Source of the DNA: Patescibacteria group bacterium
GTDB taxonomy: Bacteria; Patescibacteriota; Microgenomatia; UBA1400; PJMF01
DNA length: 46,440 bases
Assembly (NCBI GenBank): GCA_018816385.1
Contig: JAHIVK010000041.1
Span: forward strand, 1-46,440
Direction: 5' to 3'
The translations under genes and the position numbers were made by a program. Shown piece by piece: positions 18,459 to 26,945 of the stretch; positions within the stretch are counted from its first letter, which is position 1, and the number at the start of each line of letters is the position of its first letter. The notes under the pieces were generated by a model that had not been told where the DNA came from, searched no databases, and saw nothing but the letters and a program-made list of their open reading frames with translations.

Positions 18459-18968
18459 CCTCAAACTTTACTGCTCGCCTCTACTCAACTGGCCGAGGCC
18501 CTGCCTTTTAACATTGGAGAAAAGGCCCAGGACATTATTCCCATGATCGGGGCCAGCAACTCCGGCGATGACTCGTACCGTTCCAACTTTTCATATCTTG
18601 TCACCAGTCTGATGAGCTTCATCATGGCCATCGCCGCTCTGGCCGTCCTGTTGTTTTTGCTGTTTGGAGCCATCGAATGGATTAGTTCCGGCGGCGATAA
18701 AAACAAACTGGAGTCCGCCCGCAACAAGATGATGCACGCGGCTTTAGGAATTATTATTCTCTCGGCTACCACCGCTATCTTTATGGTCATCCAACAGTTT
18801 GTGGGCATTAGAGTGATTAATTTTGTTGGAGGAAGCGCGCCAAATTACTCTTATGCTTGCATGGATGTACATGCTTGTGGAATCATAAATGGTAATGTGG
18901 TAGTTGATAATAACGGCACTTGTCGGGGCGGATGTGCTCATTCTAATATCTGTTGTCAATCTAATTAG
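18456..18968 (+). CDS. Pilin-array gene 8: pilin domain plus a Cys-rich C-terminal tail
   Basis: GAIEWISSGGDKNKLESARNKMMHAALG; tail CMDVHAC...CRGGCAHSNICC. Confidence 0.82.
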   Translation: MPQTLLLASTQLAEALPFNIGEKAQDIIPMIGASNSGDDSYRSNFSYLVTSLMSFIMAIAALAVLLFLLFGAIEWISSGGDKNKLESARNKMMHAALGIIILSATTAIFMVIQQFVGIRVINFVGGSAPNYSYACMDVHACGIINGNVVVDNNGTCRGGCAHSNICCQSN

Positions 18969-18989
18969 TAGTCATTAAAAAATCCGAGC

Positions 18990-19019
18990 TTGACTATTGA
19001 GAAATCTACCCTATATAAT
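18990..19019 (+). promoter_or_regulatory. Sigma70-type promoter of pilin gene 9
   Basis: TTGACT-18 bp-TATAAT; AAAGGA RBS at about 19065-19070. Confidence 0.68.
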
Positions 19020-19079
19020 GAAATTATCTAATCGCTACTTAAAAAAGTCTGGTACTAACATAAAAAAGGATATATATAT

Positions 19080-19517
19080 ATGAAACAGACACTGCAAAAA
19101 TACGGGTTGACGGCCGTTGTCACCCTAGCCGGCTTGGCTTCAAGCGCGGGAGCCGTCTTTGCCCAAGCTGGTGGCAATACGGGTATTAATATCGGTACCA
19201 CTACACTAGCTAAAGGCTTTGCCGGTGATTTGGGCTCAATCATTACTGGGGCGCTGGGCTTCATCATGGCCATTGCCGCTCTGTTGGTTTTTCTCTACCT
19301 GATTTTGGGAGGCATCCAGTGGATTACCTCCGGTGGAGACAAAGGCAAGACGGAAGAGGCTCGCAACAAGATCACGTCAGCGGTGATTGGTTTAATTGTG
19401 CTGGCCGCGGCCTACGCTGTCCTGCAAATTATGTTGGGATTCCTTGGCTTAACTTCTATCACTGATGCTTTCAAGAATATTAAAGTGATTGATAGTACAA
19501 GAGATGGACCTGTCTAA
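19080..19517 (+). CDS. Pilin-array gene 9, VirB2/TrbC-like, candidate major pilin
   Basis: Signal peptide ending AVFA; GGIQWITSGGDKGKTEEARNKITSAVIG; has its own promoter, RBS and terminator. Confidence 0.85.
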   Translation: MKQTLQKYGLTAVVTLAGLASSAGAVFAQAGGNTGINIGTTTLAKGFAGDLGSIITGALGFIMAIAALLVFLYLILGGIQWITSGGDKGKTEEARNKITSAVIGLIVLAAAYAVLQIMLGFLGLTSITDAFKNIKVIDSTRDGPV

Positions 19518-19539
19518 TTGGGGTTTTTTGGTGAAGTTT

Positions 19540-19569
19540 AAACCCCCTGCCTTTTGGTAGGGGGTTTTT
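19540..19569 (+). terminator. Rho-independent terminator after pilin gene 9
   Basis: AAACCCCCTGCC-TTTT-GGTAGGGGGTTTTT hairpin with T tract. Confidence 0.85.
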
Positions 19570-19690
19570 GATTTTAACACGAGGTTTTGCACTGCTTGAT
19601 TATTCCTGACTTCGCCAATTACGTTACCCAACAGCCTGAAAACATTTAGCGAAAGTTAATACCTGACTTTCGTACTTAACCCAGATCAGG

Positions 19691-19725
19691 CTTATCACTG
19701 GTTCTCTTATTTTGGGACAGGTCTA
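19691..19725 (-). repeat. Family A isolated end, inverted
   Basis: Minus strand TAGACCTGTCCCAAAATAAGAGAACCAGTGATAAG. Confidence 0.72.
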
Positions 19726-19783
19726 CCAAACCAACTCACTGCGAGTTCGTGTTTCCCATCAGAATAAGGTATAATCAACCATT

Positions 19784-20302
19784 ATGACAATTAAAAAAAA
19801 TCTGGCTGTCTTTTCCCTAATCTTTGGGTTGGCGTTGGGTCTTTTTTTTGGAGCCTCGCCCGCTCTAGCCAGTGGTTTAAAAACTAGCACTGACTCAACC
19901 TCAGGTCAAGTTGAAACCACCACTCAAGACGAGGCCACTTTTCTCACTACCAACATTGCCAATCAGGGAGTAGCTGAAACTCTCTTCACTTTGCCAGTGG
20001 GTTTTGCCAGAAACCTAGGCATCTGGATCACTGGTGTGGCAAGTTTATTGATTGCCATCATTGTGTTACTGGTTTTCTTCCAGCTGATCATGGGCGGCTT
20101 CTCCTGGATAACTTCAGGCGGAGATAAGGGCAAAACTGATGAAGCCAGAAACAGATTGGTGGCGGCCATTATTGGTCTATTAATCATCGCCGCTTCATAT
20201 GCAGTGTTAGTTGTGCTACTTAGATTCATAGGTTTTGAATCAGTCAGCGATGCTTTTAATAACATTCGACCCATCAGCTCTAATCCTAGTGTCCTCAGAT
20301 AA
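19784..20302 (+). CDS. Pilin-array gene 10, paralogue of gene 9
   Basis: GGFSWITSGGDKGKTDEARNRLVAAIIG; shared C-terminal S.SDAF.NI pattern. Confidence 0.83.
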   Translation: MTIKKNLAVFSLIFGLALGLFFGASPALASGLKTSTDSTSGQVETTTQDEATFLTTNIANQGVAETLFTLPVGFARNLGIWITGVASLLIAIIVLLVFFQLIMGGFSWITSGGDKGKTDEARNRLVAAIIGLLIIAASYAVLVVLLRFIGFESVSDAFNNIRPISSNPSVLR

Positions 20303-20310
20303 TCAAAGCT

Positions 20311-20724
20311 ATGTTTAGCCTCAAACTGTTCAAGCTAACTTGCAAAACTCTTAGCACTTCCGCTATAGCCTTATTGTTGAGCGCCTCGCCCATCTATGCT
20401 CAACAAAGAGCTTGGACAGGAGTCTGCGTCGGAAGCGCTGATAGCGATGTGGCCACGATTCAGGGCCTGGAGTGTTTGATTGCCAATGTCTTTACAGTCA
20501 TCATCACTCTAATTGGCGTAGCGGCCTTTGTCATGTTTGTAGTTGGATCTCTAACCTGGTTAACTGCTGGTGGCAATTCCAACAACATGGAAAAGGCCAA
20601 AAAATCTTTTACTTACGCCGTGGTGGGCATCGTGGTGGCTTTAAGCGCTTTTATTATCATCAATTTGATTGCCTCTTTTACCGGCGTCAACATTATTCGC
20701 AACTTCTCCATTCCCACTTCTTAA
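20311..20724 (+). CDS. Pilin-array gene 11, VirB2/TrbC-like
   Basis: DVATIQGLECL; GSLTWLTAGGNSNNMEKAKKSFTYAVVG. Confidence 0.82.
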   Translation: MFSLKLFKLTCKTLSTSAIALLLSASPIYAQQRAWTGVCVGSADSDVATIQGLECLIANVFTVIITLIGVAAFVMFVVGSLTWLTAGGNSNNMEKAKKSFTYAVVGIVVALSAFIIINLIASFTGVNIIRNFSIPTS

Positions 20725-20865
20725 TTTGGGTTTTTAGGTATATCTAATCAAGCTTGAAAATTTGATCCGGTTGGTTGCTGACGGTCTTGCTTATTCTACG
20801 AAGCTCATATAAGTTACACTATTAAAACATGGTGATTGGGTTGATTAAACCAGATTTGCTATATA

Positions 20866-23800
20866 ATGGCAAATGTGAAACGCAGTTTAATCGTCTTGAT
20901 TATTTTGTTTTTTCTTGGCCAGGCAGTCAAGCCTGTTCGGGCCTATGGAATCGCTGAACTCAAGGCTGATCTTGATTTTTTGGGCACAGTCTCCATTGGC
21001 AAACTGCTCTTCGTTCCCTTTGGCTCAAACCCTGACCCTAATTTCGTCAAACACCGACTTGATGACCAACAAATTGATTATTTGTGTGATGGTGATTGCA
21101 CCAGCAAGAACATTGGGGCGAATTTTGGTACCTTCTACAAAAATGGGAAATATGAAAAAGCTCGAAACCACAAAATGAACTGGACACTGGAAATTGCCCA
21201 AGCAGGCAGCGCTCAAGCCATTGCTGACGTCATTAACAGTGAGGGCATTAATAACGTTGTCATACGTATCGGCGTAAGTGGCAGTAGTTTTGGTTTTGAC
21301 GATCCCAATACTTATGCCGCCTTTTTGGCAGACATTGCCAGCAAAGTGGGAGGGAAAACTTTTTATGCCATTGCTGGACCTAACGAACCCGATATCGAAA
21401 CCTGGGCCACTCCTGGATGCTCTCCAGCCAATGGTAGCGACAGCCCCAATGCCAGAGCAGCTTTTTATGAATGCGCTGGCCCTCAATTGGCCGATTACAT
21501 GAACGCCGTTATTGCTTACAAACCCAATGGCGTCAAGTTGCTCTCCCCCGCTTTTAATCTGACAAGCTTCATGTTTAACGATGATACTGGCCAACCGGAC
21601 GGTCTTCCCCTGGCGATGTTGCGCCACGGAGCCAATTTCACCGGACTCGATGCCATTGCTGGGAATATTTATCCCAACGGCGACAGCATGCAGAATATTT
21701 GGAACAGCCACGTAGCCCCCATAATTTCCAAGCTTGGGAAGCCCGTAGTCATTACAGAGACTGGTCCTTGGGGAGTTATTAATCAACCCTTCGAGGGTTA
21801 CGATACCTCACAGTATGATTCATACAATGTTGACGACGATGAGTTTTACATCCAACCTATCAAGGGTATTATCCCAAGTTCTACCGATCCCACGACGCGA
21901 GAGCTGTGGGGAGTAGGTGGCAGCAGACAAACTAGCGTAATCAGAGACGATTTGATTAAACAAGGTTATGAAGCACACTGTGCTACACCAGGTTTCAAAA
22001 TTGTTTTTGAAAAAATTGGCCAACAATGGATGGATACATTTCTGAAATTACCCAACACCCCAATTGGGGTTGCTTATGGAGCTTCTATTTTATACCCGAG
22101 CAATGCCGATTGGCTGGTGGAAGGAACTCCTTTTCGCTCTACTTTAACCGTTGATTATCAAGAACTTTTAACTCCTTTATTTAGAGATGTCTCAGATAAA
22201 AAATTTCTCATGACGTCACTGGAAGAATTTTTTGGGTACAAAGATCAAGCCGAAAATCCCAGTGATGCAGAAATTAACTCAAGTGCGATTAACTCTCTAC
22301 TTACCAACCAACAGCGTTGCATTTTATCGGTGAATATGCTGCTTAAAGAAAAAGAAATGTGCCAAAAATTGGTTAATCCTAACAGTTGCGCTCTTTACCC
22401 CAGGCCTGTTACTAATACCGACTGGACGGTAAAACAAACACTGGATAATTACCAAACATTTGTTAATCAGCATCAAAGCGATTTGATTCAAGAGAAGCTG
22501 AGCGGACAGGCAGATGATCCAGACACCATTCGGTATGTATGTCGGGAACTGGTGGCCAGTAATCAGCCCTATGTCGACGAGGAATTAAAATCAGCCCTTT
22601 TACAAGTACCTCTCACCTTAGACCGAAGTTACAGACTGGCTTTTTTGGTCACAACTATTGAAATGAAATATACCAAAGGTACTAAAAGTATTTTTAATTT
22701 ATATGAGCATCCTAACGCCGGATTCTTCTCTGGGGGTCCAAGCAAACCCAAGCATGGCATTTTGGTAACCGCTTTTAAAGTTCCAGATATTACTACTAAT
22801 CAAGGAAGTGGTGGAAATGGCAATACAGCTTGGCTTGACGCGGCCAGCCTAACTAGAAATTCTCTTTTAACCAAAGAACAAATTGAAAAAGTTAATGAAA
22901 ATGACGCTGATCGAACGGAAGAAATGCTGCAAGAAGCTAAAAAATATGATGTAGATAGTCAAACCTCAAGCGACGAGATCTTTTGTATTGTTGGTCAAGC
23001 CGCCGGCGGCGTTGGTGCCCCCGAATGCCACGACCCACTTAGTAAGGCTTTAACAGATATCGTTAATACTCAGGCCAATATTAGCAAGAGTGGAAGTTCG
23101 GACTACAACCTGTTTGAAACCGAGTGTCCTGAGTTAGATAGAGAGTCTAACGACACCATTAGTGACCTAGGATCTTTTGGGGACACTAGTTTAGATAGCA
23201 AACTTTATACCACCGAATTTGGTGCTGATTTGCTTAATCAGTTATTTATTGACTCAACGCATCTGCTCAACAAAGATGAGAGCAAACCAAATACGCAATT
23301 TGCGGAAACTTGGAGAGAAGGCGATCCAGAATATGAAGATCATAATCCTTGGGGAGGATTAAATGACTGGGGATTAAAGAATATCTTTTATGTCGTTCCC
23401 AAAATGAAAGAAGCCGGCTGGCCATATAGTGACTGTTGTGATCCAGTAGAGGTTAAGCATTTTCTTGTTTATCCAGAGGGATACACCTTAAAAACTATTG
23501 AGGAAACTTTGGCCGGAAGCTTCTTTAGTCAAGACCAGCTTGCCAGCCTACAAACTAAGTCTGAAGAATATGATCGTTTTGATAGTCACGGCTCCCAAGT
23601 AACATTTGAAGGAGCAACTTTTAATAAGAACTTTGATGATTATTCAAATGAACCACCCAATACGCCGGTTGAGGGTCAACCGGAGTGCGCACATGAAAGA
23701 ACAATTGGCTATGATAAACTTGGCAATCCAATTACGGAAACTTACTATGCCCTGCCTTGTAGAAGGAGTTTTGGTTTCCAGATTGTGCAATGGGGCAAAA

Positions 23801-24324
23801 ACTTGCAACCAGGGTTTTTGGGTGCTAAATTAGGTTTTTGGGTTAGGACCATTCAACAGCAACTTAGCAGTAGCACTAGCTCTGCCTGGAAATATTTGGA
23901 TAGCTGCGAAACAACCGAGCAATTTTTGCTTGGCAAGTGTGGAAATGCCGCGCCAGAAGTTGAACAACAAGACAGTGATAGCTGCACTGATTTAAGCTGC
24001 GCGGTTCCGGCTGAGCCAGAGCCTGAAGTCACACCATCCGCTTCTCAATCTGGAAGTTGTCTCGAAATTTGGGTTGATAATGGGATTGTTTTTGCCAAAA
24101 ATAAATGTGCTTGCTCATTTGGTGACTGGCAACTTCAAGACGCTGGGGGCGGACTTTGGTGCGGTCCACTGGGAGCTAATAATACCCTTTTTCCTTTTGA
24201 AACGAAGGGTGGTTTCTGCAGCAACACAGCGCCACCCAATCCGGTTTGCGGTTTAATTTTTGCACCCGGTGCTGACCCAGGCAATTGTTTAACGGCCAAC
24301 GAAAGAGTTTGTGTTAGCTGGTAA
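20866..24324 (+). CDS. Large secreted protein: clan GH-A-like glycoside hydrolase domain, long trunk and Cys-rich C-terminal tip
   Basis: Signal peptide; GPNEPD (acid/base) ... LLSPAF ... DAIAGNIY ... KPVVITETG (nucleophile) pattern; the start may be GTG 20875. Confidence 0.7.
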   Translation: MANVKRSLIVLIILFFLGQAVKPVRAYGIAELKADLDFLGTVSIGKLLFVPFGSNPDPNFVKHRLDDQQIDYLCDGDCTSKNIGANFGTFYKNGKYEKARNHKMNWTLEIAQAGSAQAIADVINSEGINNVVIRIGVSGSSFGFDDPNTYAAFLADIASKVGGKTFYAIAGPNEPDIETWATPGCSPANGSDSPNARAAFYECAGPQLADYMNAVIAYKPNGVKLLSPAFNLTSFMFNDDTGQPDGLPLAMLRHGANFTGLDAIAGNIYPNGDSMQNIWNSHVAPIISKLGKPVVITETGPWGVINQPFEGYDTSQYDSYNVDDDEFYIQPIKGIIPSSTDPTTRELWGVGGSRQTSVIRDDLIKQGYEAHCATPGFKIVFEKIGQQWMDTFLKLPNTPIGVAYGASILYPSNADWLVEGTPFRSTLTVDYQELLTPLFRDVSDKKFLMTSLEEFFGYKDQAENPSDAEINSSAINSLLTNQQRCILSVNMLLKEKEMCQKLVNPNSCALYPRPVTNTDWTVKQTLDNYQTFVNQHQSDLIQEKLSGQADDPDTIRYVCRELVASNQPYVDEELKSALLQVPLTLDRSYRLAFLVTTIEMKYTKGTKSIFNLYEHPNAGFFSGGPSKPKHGILVTAFKVPDITTNQGSGGNGNTAWLDAASLTRNSLLTKEQIEKVNENDADRTEEMLQEAKKYDVDSQTSSDEIFCIVGQAAGGVGAPECHDPLSKALTDIVNTQANISKSGSSDYNLFETECPELDRESNDTISDLGSFGDTSLDSKLYTTEFGADLLNQLFIDSTHLLNKDESKPNTQFAETWREGDPEYEDHNPWGGLNDWGLKNIFYVVPKMKEAGWPYSDCCDPVEVKHFLVYPEGYTLKTIEETLAGSFFSQDQLASLQTKSEEYDRFDSHGSQVTFEGATFNKNFDDYSNEPPNTPVEGQPECAHERTIGYDKLGNPITETYYALPCRRSFGFQIVQWGKNLQPGFLGAKLGFWVRTIQQQLSSSTSSAWKYLDSCETTEQFLLGKCGNAAPEVEQQDSDSCTDLSCAVPAEPEPEVTPSASQSGSCLEIWVDNGIVFAKNKCACSFGDWQLQDAGGGLWCGPLGANNTLFPFETKGGFCSNTAPPNPVCGLIFAPGADPGNCLTANERVCVSW

Positions 24325-24442
24325 TACTCATTGCCCACTAAGATTTTTCAATTGACCAAAGAGTAAATAAACTCAAGTATCTCTGTTTATCTAACACCAG
24401 TATTTTTATCTTGCCGACAAAATGAATCTATTAATTACGTGA

Positions 24443-24749
24443 CTAACGAAATTTTTTACCCCCGCCAACTGGACCAGTCTGATTGATCTTCTTGGTTGAT
24501 TGAGGAGTTTTAGTTGAATTAAGTTCTAAGTTACCACCTAGCTTTAATTGAGGCCTAATGGCTTCGGTCTTTTTAGTCATCTTGGCTGAGGTGTCTGAAG
24601 TAGTTTTGGGTGCGCTACCCGACCAAGTTTGAGGTTTAATCACTCTTCTGGCTCCTCTCTTGAGCAAGTCAGAAACAATAGCAAAAGTCTCGGCATTGGT
24701 AGTTCGTGATTGAAAACAATTAGACGCTTGTTCAATTCCGGCCAACAAA
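24443..24749 (-). pseudogene. 3' fragment of a diverged second copy of the DHH-like gene
   Basis: LLAGIEQASNCFQSRTTNAETFAIVSDLLKRGARRVIKPQ...GGKKFR* versus LLAGIEQATNCFQSRTTNAETFAVVADLLKKGARRVVKPQ...GGRKFR* in 26946-27992; no 5' part. Confidence 0.9.
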
Positions 24750-26654
24750 GGAGGCAACCACATTACCATTGATACTTACTTAGTCTATCCAGTGGGGACC
24801 GAACTGGACAGCGTTGAGGCGGCCTTGTCTGGAGCCTTTTTCACCCAGGATGAGCTCAAGTCTCTCAATCGAGATGATCCTTATCAGCGCCAGGGTTTTG
24901 CCATGGATGATACTCTCCAGAGCTTCACCGGCGGTGGCGGCTCTCACTCTTTTGATGACACTACCAAACCTCCTCAAATATCTTTTGATGAGGCCAATGA
25001 CCCCCAGCATTTACGCCCCATTCTAACTTACGAAGAAAAATCATTTGCCGGCTCCATCGCCAGCGTGATCGAAAAACCGGCTCGAATTTTAGGCGGCCAC
25101 TTAGGTTACTGGATGAGAATTATTCAGCTTAACCTGCATCAGCTAGTGTCAGTCCCTCGCCAATACCTGGCCACTTGCCACACCACCGAAGAGTTTTTAT
25201 TGGGCCGGTGTGGGGGAGAAGATGTGGCGCCCAAGTACATTAAAGACACCACACCCGTACTGGCCGAGATGGGCGAGTACTGCGGTAGCGCCAATGATTG
25301 GATTACCAACTACAGTAGCAACTATATTATCAAGAGAGGCAACACTCCCTTGGACGATGCCACCCAGGATGGTTACTTTGTGGATAGCCGCAGTCCCCTT
25401 AAGCTTGACGCCAGATCGTTCGTGGTTGATGGGGCCACTTTGGTGACTACCAACACCATTGTGGCTATGAATCCGGGCCAAGCCTCGGCCAATCGGTGCG
25501 GTGGCAGTGGATCGCAAGTTTTCCTTACATATCTGCCAGACGGGGCTTATAGTTCAACCCAACTCAATGACCGGGGCTTTTGGGAAACCAACGCCTCTGT
25601 CTTGGAGTATGTGGCGCCGGAAATCAAAGATACGGCCGTCAACCTGGCATTTTCCCTCAATGTCAAACCCGGTTACTACAAGTTTTTCCTCAATAATGCC
25701 GGTTGCTTCATGGGCACTATTGTGCAAGTCAAAGCTGATGGCACTTCATTTGACGACAGTGACAAGACCCATTACTTCCGATTAAACAGCAACCAAAGTT
25801 TGGGTCAAGCGCGTATCTGCAGTCAAATTGTGATGAACTCGAATATGCCAGGGGCGGAAGGATTAGCTGATAATGTCAGAGGCTGTCCGATTAATCCGCC
25901 TTATCAGTTAGATTTAAACTTGGCTTGTGGGGGATTGCATGGCGATAATCAGACTGTGCCAAAGGTGCCGGTAGATTGGGATGAAAAACTAGCTCTGCCC
26001 GGCCTGGCTACCTATCAGCAACTCTTTAACCGACCTTTTGTCCTGCCAACCGAAGAATACAGATGTCAAGACCTTTTTCCCAATGTGATTGCCGAAGTTG
26101 ACTGCAATCAATCTTTTACCAGAAACCCGATTGGGTGCAACGTCATCAGACGACAATGCCCAGTCAACGATCCAAATAAACCTCTCGACCCGGACGAGCC
26201 CAAATGTACCCAGTCCGACACCAATTTTTGCGCCGTCGAGTATTTACAGGAAAAGATCGAGGCCTATGCCGCTTCAAATAATCAGACTTTGTCTCCGGAG
26301 GAAGCTAACAAGAGGGCTAAAAACGCCTCGATGATTTGCCAAAAAGAAAGTCGGGGCAATTCAGGATTGCTCAACGATGGCTGTGTCCGGCGCGCCAGTC
26401 TGGACTACAGCGTGGGTCTGTTCCAAATTAACATGCTGGCGCATGACTGTAGTGACACTTTCCTCGATTACGGCACGGCCACCGACCCTTTCTGCACCCT
26501 CGATTCCAGTCCAGACGCCACTCAAAGGCGAGCGGCTTGTGTGACTCAACTGCAAGACCCAGACTACAACGCGCAAAAGATGCTGGAGCTCTCCGGTGGC
26601 GGCGTCAACTGGAACCCCTGGCTTAACGCTAAACGGCAGTGCGGAATTAATTAG
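24750..26654 (+). pseudogene. 5'-truncated paralogue (orphan C-terminal module) of the 1152-aa protein, ending in a lysozyme-like/lytic transglycosylase domain
   Basis: YLVYPVGTELDSVEAALSGAFF aligns with FLVYPEGYTLKTIEETLAGSFF, and CHTTEEFLLGRCG with CETTEQFLLGKCG; C-terminal ICQKESRG...SVGLFQIN...DPDYNA...WNPW; no signal peptide; in-frame stop at 24711. Confidence 0.82.
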
Positions 26655-26658
26655 TCGG

Positions 26659-26906
26659 TAAACTTGATATATTTATGAAACTTAATAAATTGGCAATTTG
26701 CTCAGGCGTTCACTCCATCAATAAACTCAAAAAGGCGCGCTTTGTTGAGACGTTCGCTCCAGATACGTTTTGGCTCAAAGACTGTGAGCTCACTCAATTC
26801 GTTCAACTCCAAACTAATAGCTGAACTTAGTTTTGATATGTTGAACTCATATGCTCTACAAATCGCGCTTTTTTCGTTTATCTATAGTACTCGCAAAACA
26901 AGTTTA
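26659..26906. repeat. Long imperfect palindrome (~248 bp), probable MITE related to family A
   Basis: Ends TAAACTTG...CAAGTTTA; inner arms ATAAACTCAAAAAGGCGCGCTTTG / CAAATCGCGCTTTTTTCGTTTAT. Confidence 0.6.
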
Positions 26907-26945
26907 GTGAATCGGTAACGACTTGGTAGAGCGTGGAAGAGGCGT

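Noticed and set aside
15671..19725. Family A sites as integron attC sites
   Set aside because: Arm polarity is opposite to attC (RYYYAAC...GTTRRRY), most sites in the array are single arms, and no integron integrase is present in the window
13391..20724. Type IV (PilA-type) pilins
   Set aside because: No class III signal (G/FTLxE); the two-TM hairpin with a GGD..K...A loop is VirB2/TrbC-like
21025..21786. 253-aa minus-strand ORF and other antisense or nested ORFs in the track
   Set aside because: Shadows of longer genes with recognisable motifs; no independent features
13391..26654. Diversity-generating retroelement acting on pilins or the hydrolase
   Set aside because: No reverse transcriptase, and no near-identical repeat pair differing only at adenines was seen
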